A DNA stretch of 59,132 nucleotides, from the NCBI GenBank assembly GCA_023266475.1, contig JAHFQA010000001.1:1-59132 (forward strand), read 5' to 3'. The position numbers and the translations under genes were made by a program. The DNA comes from Candidatus Woesearchaeota archaeon. GTDB taxonomy: Archaea; Nanobdellota; Nanobdellia; Woesearchaeales; GW2011-AR4. Below, in pieces: positions 53,137-59,132 of this stretch. The notes beneath the pieces are model-generated. The model was not told the origin of the DNA, did not search any database, and was given only the letters and a program-made list of their open reading frames with translations. The first letter of the stretch is position 1; every line of letters starts with the position of its first letter.

Positions 53137-54087
53137 TTATTGCTTCTGGCTGGATTCGTAGTCGCTTATTATTTTGCTAACAGAACTCTTAACTTCGTTC
53201 GAGGATATTGCAAATCCAAGCCCCTCAAAGCCGCCCACCTTGAAGTTGTTTATGCCAACTATTTCGCCTCTTGAATTAATCAAAGGGCCTCCAGAATTTC
53301 CAGGGTTAATTGGAACATCTGTCTGGATATAGTCAATATTATTTTGCGCTGTCCTGAATGCGCTTACAATCCCTTCTGTGACTGTAAAAGAGAGTCCTGC
53401 TGGATTTCCTGCTGCAATAACCTTTTCGCCAACTTTTAATGCGCTTGAATCTCCAAATTTCAAAGCTTCTAAATCAAGCGCATCTACTTTTAATACCGCA
53501 ATGTCTGCATTATTGTCATAGCCAACAACCGTGTCAACAGTATATGTCTTGCCAGAGTATGTTGTGACTTTTATGCTTGAAGCGCCGCTTATTACGTGGA
53601 CATTTGTTACAACATAGCCTTTGGTGTCTATTATTGCACCGCTTCCCTGGCCAAGGTTTGTCCTTACGCTTACAACTGACCGCAATACATCATCTACGAT
53701 TGCTGAGAAATCAGCGCTTTGAATTCTTATATCCTTCAGCTCATTCTTTAATTCATTTAGCTTTATGCTGCTCTGGTGCTCAATTTGGTCAATCAAGTTT
53801 GACAGCGCATCAATTTGCTTTTGGTTTTGGGTTTTAAAGCTCTTCAAACTTTCATCTACATGATCGATTTGAGATGTAAGGTTTAGGCTCAAAATTTCCA
53901 TCTGGTTTTCCAGTCCATTCTTAATAACTTTCAAGCTCGTTGCTGTGTCTTGCCTTAAGCCAATTATTTTTGATTCGTAATCCTTTTGTATGATGTTTAA
54001 CTGATAATTGAAATATAAAACAACGCCTGAAGTTAAGATTAGAATTAATACAGTAATAAAAATTATGTTTTTCGTTTTTTTGTTCAT
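53137..54087 (-). CDS. Membrane-anchored trypsin-like serine protease (S1C/HtrA-like, no PDZ)
   Basis: An N-terminal TM helix plus a roughly 100-aa coiled coil. The catalytic triad contexts are TNVHVI, DIAVLKV and GNSGGPLIN. Confidence 0.85.
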   Translation of the reverse strand: MNKKTKNIIFITVLILILTSGVVLYFNYQLNIIQKDYESKIIGLRQDTATSLKVIKNGLENQMEILSLNLTSQIDHVDESLKSFKTQNQKQIDALSNLIDQIEHQSSIKLNELKNELKDIRIQSADFSAIVDDVLRSVVSVRTNLGQGSGAIIDTKGYVVTNVHVISGASSIKVTTYSGKTYTVDTVVGYDNNADIAVLKVDALDLEALKFGDSSALKVGEKVIAAGNPAGLSFTVTEGIVSAFRTAQNNIDYIQTDVPINPGNSGGPLINSRGEIVGINNFKVGGFEGLGFAISSNEVKSSVSKIISDYESSQKQ

Positions 54088-54088
54088 A

Positions 54089-54388
54089 TTATTCCTTTAT
54101 CTTGTATTCAGCATCTATATATGGGGAGTTTTTCTGCCTTTTATGTTCATGTTTTGTAGTCCTAATTTTAAGCATTGCAATCAAAAGCATAAGCAGCGAA
54201 ATTATAAGTATTATGAATATTATTCCTAATGACAAGGCAAGCAAGCCTCCGACAATAATTAAGTACCATTTTGACAAAAAAGCAAGAATTGCCCAGCCTT
54301 TGTCCCTTGAATAGAGGAATATAAAATACACAACAATCAAGCTGAATATTGTGCCTAATCCAAAATTCCATTTCCTCTGAATAATCAT
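54089..54388 (-). CDS. Three-TM membrane protein
   Basis: A 99-aa hydrophobic ORF that abuts both neighbours (1-nt and 0-nt gaps). Confidence 0.5.
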   Translation of the reverse strand: MIIQRKWNFGLGTIFSLIVVYFIFLYSRDKGWAILAFLSKWYLIIVGGLLALSLGIIFIILIISLLMLLIAMLKIRTTKHEHKRQKNSPYIDAEYKIKE

Positions 54389-54775
54389 TTAACCCTCGGC
54401 AAAATTCTGCTGTATGAAAGAAGCCATCTGCCTGTTGTCAGCTGCCTCGTATGCTTTTGCAGCCAGCCTATAGTTTTTTGACTGGATGCATAAAACAGCC
54501 GCCTCATTTAATTTTTGCTTGTCTTTTGTTGGTATAAAGCAAAGTGTTGCAAGCTCTGTTTTTTTCTCTGCCAAAAATGAATCACCAAGTTTCATTAGCT
54601 TTTCAAAGTCATTGGCTTTTGCCATTACTTCAATTGCGTCAATGAATTTGCCCTGCTTGTAGAGCTTTTCTCCGACATCGCTTAAAATCCTCCTTTGTGC
54701 AGGCTCATCAAGCATTGAGATATTTACAGAATTAATTCCGTCCTTCAGGATTTTTTCAACAATTGGATGCTCCAT
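54389..54775 (-). CDS. Helical-repeat (TPR-like) protein
   Basis: 128 aa with repeated A/L/K-rich helix pairs (LYKQGKFIDAIEVMAKA; YRLAAKAYEAA). It is the first gene of the array. Confidence 0.4.
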   Translation of the reverse strand: MEHPIVEKILKDGINSVNISMLDEPAQRRILSDVGEKLYKQGKFIDAIEVMAKANDFEKLMKLGDSFLAEKKTELATLCFIPTKDKQKLNEAAVLCIQSKNYRLAAKAYEAADNRQMASFIQQNFAEG

Positions 54776-54905
54776 AAACTTTATATTATAAACAGTTTTA
54801 TTTAAATCTTTCCGCGTGGCACTATTTACATTTCTGAAAAGCAGAAAATAGTTTTATCTTATATTCCTAGTGGATGAATCTGTTGAGATTAAATCAGAAT
54901 ATTAA

Positions 54906-55532
54906 TTACTCAAGGCTAAGGTAATTCAAAATTTTTTGAATATTTTCCTCTAATGGTAAATTTGTATCAACCTTTAGATGAGGAGACCTTTCCAACTCTG
55001 ATGGCAGGATTGGTTGTTCTTCCAAAAATCTTCTCCACGTTTCTTCAGATTCAAGTTTTGCCGCATCCCACTCATTGTACCTATCAGTTAATCTTCTCCT
55101 AATAGTTGCCTCGTCTGCATGAAAGAATAACAATTTTGTTTGATGGGAAACGTCTTCAAAAAAAGGGCCTACAACCTCATCTAAATACCCAGCTCGAATT
55201 TCTTTCGTGAAATTTCCATCCAATATTGGATGTTTGCCTGCCAGAAGATTATCTTTAGCCAATTCCAGCATGCAGCGATAAGATTGAAGCCGTACATACA
55301 TATTATAATAGGGGTCATTGACAGGTATTCTTTCACCAGATAATTTATAGGCATGAATTCCTGTATCAGACGGGTTAGGGGTTGATAAAAAGGCTCCGTT
55401 TATTGTATCTTTATGTATGAGAAAAGCATCAGAAACGTATTTAACAAGTTCTTTTAAAACTGCCCTTCTGCCACTTCCCGCGATTCCCCCTCCTAAAATT
55501 AAAGTTGGAGTTTCGAGTTGAATTTTATCCAT
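54906..55532 (-). CDS. P-loop kinase-like protein with atypical Walker A
   Basis: LILGGGIAGSGRRAVLKEL sits at the N-terminus where kinases have GxxGxGK[ST], and the size is typical of a small kinase. The function is not assignable. Confidence 0.35.
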   Translation of the reverse strand: MDKIQLETPTLILGGGIAGSGRRAVLKELVKYVSDAFLIHKDTINGAFLSTPNPSDTGIHAYKLSGERIPVNDPYYNMYVRLQSYRCMLELAKDNLLAGKHPILDGNFTKEIRAGYLDEVVGPFFEDVSHQTKLLFFHADEATIRRRLTDRYNEWDAAKLESEETWRRFLEEQPILPSELERSPHLKVDTNLPLEENIQKILNYLSLE

Positions 55533-55586
55533 ATTTAATGAGAAACATACCCTAATTTATAAACTTATTTTGCCCCATTAAAAGAA

Positions 55587-55679
55587 TGAGCCTGTTGGGA
55601 TTCGAACCCAAACGAACCGGTATTTTCCATAATTTGTTATGACCGAAGCCGATTATGCTGTCCGTTACATCACAGGCCC
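55587..55679 (-). tRNA. tRNA-Arg (anticodon TCG) with a canonical 21-nt intron after position 37 (55622..55642)
   Basis: Acceptor stem GGGCCTG/CAGGCTC (one G-U) plus discriminator A. D arm ATGT-AACGGACA-GCAT. Anticodon stem ATCGG/CCGGT with loop CT-TCG-G..A. T arm TTGGG-TTCGAAT-CCCAA. Confidence 0.85.
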
Positions 55680-55789
55680 ATAGAATATGTTTTTATTTTA
55701 ACATTATTAAAGATTTGCATTGGTTATTGGCTTAATTTTCTGTTCTGGCATAATGACTTTTTCAGTTCTTTGGATAAAAATTTCCAGCC

Positions 55790-56050
55790 TTATCTGTTTT
55801 TTCCAATCAGATTGTATATAGCTTTTTCTGTTATTCCAAAAGGCTGCAAAATAGAGAAAGCAGCCCTAACCATCATGTCTGTGTATTTTTCAATGTCAAA
55901 TTTTCCATTAAAGGAGTCAACACTTACATATCTTTTCAAGGCATTTTTATTGTTTACATCTTTTATTATGTAGGATATTGTCATTCCTGGCTTTACGTCA
56001 AATCCTTCATTAGCCATTTGTTTTAGTGCGAGGGCGCGTAAGAACCCTAG
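55790..56050 (-). pseudogene. C-terminal relic of a family B DNA polymerase
   Basis: The translation ...RALALKQMANEGFDVKPGMTISYIIKD...KFDIEKYTDMMVRAAFSILQPFGITEKAI parallels the extreme C-terminus of archaeal PolB (Pfu: [29 protein letters not shown]...[30 protein letters not shown]). An in-frame stop lies at 56051..56053, and there is no upstream polymerase ORF on this strand. Confidence 0.55.
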
Positions 56051-56091
56051 CTAGTTGAGCGTAGCGAAACCAGCAGTGAATTGCGCATGAC

Positions 56092-56502
56092 GTGGACTTG
56101 GTTGATGCCTTGAGTGAGGGAATCAATATTCTAATGACAGAAAACTCTGTTGCTGTTGTGCCCATTCCTTTACAAGATATGATGAAAAATGGAGAGACTT
56201 ATTTTTATAAGGTGGTTCTGGAAACAAGATCGGAGATGGACGAGGGTAACACAGTTATGCACGACATTTTGTACAACTTTCTTGCATCGGTTCCGTTTGC
56301 ATCAGAAGACGGGCGACTACGCAACTTTGGCAGTTACGCCAAGATTTCAGACCTTATGGAGAAAGATAATATCAGACTTTATGCAGTCACGCAATTATTT
56401 CTGGACGATTTTTATGCTGGCAAAATTAGCCCAAAACAAATATTGAGACTTCATTCAATTAAAGTCGATCTAAAAGTTAAGCCAAAAATTTATCTCTTTT
56501 AG
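56092..56502 (+). CDS. Orphan ORF (GTG start) in a visibly GC-richer patch
   Basis: A 136-aa ORF with no motif. Its composition appears richer in G/C-containing codons (e.g. CGA CTA CGC, GAC GAG) than the neighbours. Confidence 0.35.
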   Translation: MDLVDALSEGINILMTENSVAVVPIPLQDMMKNGETYFYKVVLETRSEMDEGNTVMHDILYNFLASVPFASEDGRLRNFGSYAKISDLMEKDNIRLYAVTQLFLDDFYAGKISPKQILRLHSIKVDLKVKPKIYLF

Positions 56503-56765
56503 TCGATAAAAACATTGAGACATTTATCAGGCTTCTCAAATAATCTGCTCTGCTTCATACAGTTCATTCAGCCTTTCCTTGTCCAATCTTGTTCTTTCCC
56601 TTTCAAGCCTGCTGATTTCAAATTGCAGCCTTTTAATCTTTTCATCTATCTCTACAATTTTCATTATGTTCTCATTGCTCTTTTTTCTGTTCACTTAAAC
56701 CACCCTGTAAGCAACTTATATATCTAAGAGTATAAATAGTTTGCTAAAATAAGCCGATTTATTTT

Positions 56766-57665
56766 TTATTTCTTCACAACTTCATGCCCGCCGAATTCAT
56801 TTCTCAAGGCAGCAACAACTTTGCCAGCAAAAGTCGGTTTTTTTCTTGTTGATTTTCTCAGTTTCAGCGAAAGTTTCAAAGTGTCAAATCCTGAATGAAA
56901 TTCATTCGCTGTTTTCAAAGCCCATTGTCCAGTATCCCCTCCGCCCACAATGCCTTCTATTTTACTTAATTTTGGGTCTTTTTTGAAGGCGTCCTCTGCC
57001 CAACCTGCCATTTTCGACTGTATAATTGATCCATTCTTCCACACATTGGCTATTTTTCTTAAGTTAAGATTTTTGTAGGGCCCTTTGGCTAATAATTCAA
57101 ACCCTTCTCCAAGAGACTGAAGCCACGCATATTCAATTCCATTATGCACCATTTTCACGAAATGTCCTGCACCAGCTGAGCCAACATAGACATATCCATT
57201 TTTTGCGGAAACTGCTTTGCAGATTGACTCAATTTTCCTGAAAATTTTTTTATCTCCACCAATAGTCAGGCTAGCCCCATGCCTTGCACCGCTTAATCCA
57301 CCGCTAGTTCCTATATCAATAAAATGAATTTTTTTCTTTGTTAGTTTCTTATGCCTTCTTATCGAATCTTTATAAAATGAATTTCCACCATCAATAACAA
57401 CGTCATTTTTTTTCAGGTAAGGCAGTAGTTCTTTAATTACCATATCAACTGGCTTGCCTGCAGTCACCATTATCCAGATTATTTTCTGCGCTGGCAATTT
57501 TTTAACAAATGCAGGAATAGAAAATGCAACTTCAACACCCTTCTTTTTTATTTCCTTTGCAGGTTCCGGGCTCCTGTTATAAGCAATAACTGGTATTTTA
57601 TGGTCTTTGAGATTTAAAACAATATTGGAGCCCATCCTTCCCAGGCCAATGAAGCCGAGTTTCAT
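56766..57665 (-). CDS. gnd: 6-phosphogluconate dehydrogenase, short (about 300 aa) decarboxylating type
   Basis: MKLGFIGLGRMGSNIVLNL Rossmann motif, GGNSFY, and GAGHFVKMVHNGIEY. Confidence 0.85.
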   Translation of the reverse strand: MKLGFIGLGRMGSNIVLNLKDHKIPVIAYNRSPEPAKEIKKKGVEVAFSIPAFVKKLPAQKIIWIMVTAGKPVDMVIKELLPYLKKNDVVIDGGNSFYKDSIRRHKKLTKKKIHFIDIGTSGGLSGARHGASLTIGGDKKIFRKIESICKAVSAKNGYVYVGSAGAGHFVKMVHNGIEYAWLQSLGEGFELLAKGPYKNLNLRKIANVWKNGSIIQSKMAGWAEDAFKKDPKLSKIEGIVGGGDTGQWALKTANEFHSGFDTLKLSLKLRKSTRKKPTFAGKVVAALRNEFGGHEVVKK

Positions 57666-57748
57666 TAGAAAATAAATTTAATTTTGTGTTTAAATAGTTT
57701 GTTGTTTACATTTTGTTATTTCTTTTAAGTAGTTAACATAAAAAGATT

Positions 57749-57756
57749 TTTAAATA
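57749..57756 (+). promoter_or_regulatory. Archaeal TATA-box candidate for glgC
   Basis: TTTAAATA starts 28 nt upstream of the ATG at 57777. Confidence 0.45.
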
Positions 57757-57776
57757 ACCTTGTTTTTAATCAAATT

Positions 57777-58988
57777 ATGACAAAAAACTTAAACGAATTA
57801 GCATATGTGCTTGCTGGCGGACCAGGCACCAGACTTATGCCTTTGACTCAAGACCGGGCAAAGCCTGCTGTGCCTTTTGGAGGTGCATATAGAATTATTG
57901 ATTTTGTAATGACGAACCTGTTCAATTCAAGTGTCCGTAAGATTGCAGTTTTAACACAATACAAGCCAGGATCTCTAAAGAGGCATTTCCAGAGCGGCTA
58001 TGAGCCAGTATTTGCCAATATCAGAAGTGAGCATCCTGATAGTTTTTTCCGTGCACTCGATCCAATAAGTGTAAATTACACAGGAACAGCAGATGCCATA
58101 TACAGAAATATGGCTGTTACACGAGAGGGGGCTTTTGATGTTATTTATATCTTTGGCGCAGATCATGTTTATAGGATGAACGTATCACAGATGGGGCAGT
58201 TTCATCTTGAAAAAGAAGCAGATGCTACTATTTCCGTGATGCCTGTAGATATCGACGTTGCAAAAGGACTTGGAGTAGTTACAGTAAACAAAGATGGAAG
58301 GATTACAAAGTTCGAAGAGAAGCCAGGTAATCCAACTCCCATGCCAAGTGATAAGAGTAAATGCTTGGCATCGATGGGAAATTACGCTTTTAATCCAAGA
58401 TCGCTTGAAGATGTACTGCAAGGTAACCCAGAAGATTTTGGTCATCACGTTTTCTCAAATATGATAAAGAGTAAAAAAAGAGTCTTTGCTTATGACTTCT
58501 TGCAAAATAATATTCCTGGATATTCATCAAGCGAAGTAATTTATTGGCGAGATGTTGGAACTTTACAACAATATTTTGATTCACATATGGATTTGTTGGG
58601 TGAAACTCCTAAATTAATGCTTCATCATCAAAAGTGGAGGATGCTTACAAACATAGATGTTGCAGAGCCGAGCAGAACTGCAAATCGAGCATTGTGTTTG
58701 GATTCGCTCACTGCCAATGGAGTTTGGTACCATGATGATGCAACAGTCAAATCTTCAGTAGTTTCCTACAGCACTGAAATACAGAAGGGAGCGGACGTTT
58801 CTAATTCCATCCTATTAGGTTACATTGTTGTTGGTGAAGGTTCTGTAATTCGAGATACAATAGTAGATAGAAGAGTTATAATTCCCCCTAAAACTGTAAT
58901 TGGAGTTGACAAGAATGAGGATCAAAGAAGGCATTTCCATGTTGAAGGGAATATAACAGTTGTTCCCCGTGGCTACAAATTCAAGTAA
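57777..58988 (+). CDS. glgC: Glucose-1-phosphate adenylyltransferase-like sugar nucleotidyltransferase
   Basis: LAGGPGTRLMPLTQDRAKPAVPFGGAYRIIDFVMTNLFNS, a later WRDVGT motif, and a C-terminal left-handed beta-helix region. Confidence 0.8.
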   Translation: MTKNLNELAYVLAGGPGTRLMPLTQDRAKPAVPFGGAYRIIDFVMTNLFNSSVRKIAVLTQYKPGSLKRHFQSGYEPVFANIRSEHPDSFFRALDPISVNYTGTADAIYRNMAVTREGAFDVIYIFGADHVYRMNVSQMGQFHLEKEADATISVMPVDIDVAKGLGVVTVNKDGRITKFEEKPGNPTPMPSDKSKCLASMGNYAFNPRSLEDVLQGNPEDFGHHVFSNMIKSKKRVFAYDFLQNNIPGYSSSEVIYWRDVGTLQQYFDSHMDLLGETPKLMLHHQKWRMLTNIDVAEPSRTANRALCLDSLTANGVWYHDDATVKSSVVSYSTEIQKGADVSNSILLGYIVVGEGSVIRDTIVDRRVIIPPKTVIGVDKNEDQRRHFHVEGNITVVPRGYKFK

Positions 58989-58992
58989 CAAA

Positions 58993-59132
58993 CTATTTAG
59001 TAACCAATATCGCCCTAACCGGAGATGCATCCCCATGCTTAATTTTCAACGGCACTCCGTGAAAGAAATACCTTCCTTGCTTCACTTTGCTTAAATCAAG
59101 TCCTTCAAAAATCAAAATGTTATTTTTCAGGA
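58993..59132 (-). CDS. 3' end of an unidentified minus-strand gene (5' part outside window)
   Basis: An open frame runs from the window edge to TAG at 58993..58995 and translates LKNNILIFEGLDLSKVKQGRYFFHGVPLKIKHGDASPVRAILVTK. No motif assigned. Confidence 0.35.
   Translation of the reverse strand, partial: LKNNILIFEGLDLSKVKQGRYFFHGVPLKIKHGDASPVRAILVTK

Noticed and set aside
56024-56070. Possible fourth copy of the GC-rich repeat (TAGTGCGAGGGCG...TTGAGCGTAGCGAAAC)
   Set aside because: Both boxes are degenerate. The 5' part also overlaps the segment that still translates like PolB (RALALKQ), so the resemblance may be coincidental. It is mentioned but not counted in the family.
56189-56446. 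85-aa alternative-frame ORF inside 56092..56502
   Set aside because: It is nested in a longer ORF on the same strand. Neither has a motif, so the longer one is kept at low confidence.
56536-56664. 42-codon minus-strand coiled-coil ORF (MKIVEIDEKIKRLQFEISRLERERTRLDKERLNELYEAEQII) downstream of gnd
   Set aside because: It is plausible as a small protein, but it falls below any length at which I can separate it from chance. The overlapping plus-strand ORF 56515..56727 is equally unsupported.
1-59132. Looked for CRISPR arrays and rRNA genes
   Set aside because: I saw no regularly spaced direct repeats of 24-40 nt with unique spacers. I also found no long GC-rich structured stretch resembling 16S, 23S or 5S. 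The only RNA genes I can support are the two tRNAs.

Overview
This is an AT-rich, densely coded 59 kb window that reads as an archaeal chromosome, probably a small-genome DPANN-type lineage (inference). The archaeal markers are a proteasome beta subunit, aCPSF1/FttA, a TrmB regulator, an archaeal-type ProRS, two intron-containing tRNAs, a class III (pilin-type) signal peptide, and TTTAWATA boxes 28-38 nt upstream of many start codons.

Recognisable content:
- Nucleotide-metabolism genes: nrdR, a P-loop kinase, dCMP deaminase, thyA, folA and prs.
- A + strand sulfur/Fe-S neighbourhood at 14.7-28 kb: an HTH-Cys regulator, sufB, sufD, an odd sigma-r4-like gene, sufS, sufU, sufC and rhodanese, then an IscA-type carrier, a GG-terminated ThiS/SAMP-like protein, a TtuA/NcsA thiolase, a DMT transporter and a ferredoxin.
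- A 2-oxoacid dehydrogenase E1alpha/E1beta/E2 cluster flanked by lipA and lplA, plus ldh, gnd, glgC, proS, and MFS and MarC transporters.

Accessory content:
- One IS4/IS5-like element with a -1 frameshift arrangement.
- Two vapBC pairs plus a PIN relic, and a HEPN-MNT pair.
- A 1435-aa secreted metzincin/adhesin-like giant protein in a 7.3 kb minus-strand array.
- A truncated family-B polymerase relic next to tRNA-Arg.
- A family of GC-rich intergenic repeats.
- An opposite-strand two-gene cassette (21670..24862) that splits the sulfur neighbourhood. Both of its products look like catalytically degenerate signalling enzymes.

I saw no rRNA genes and no CRISPR array. All protein calls rest on motif recognition by eye in the supplied translations. 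No database search was run.
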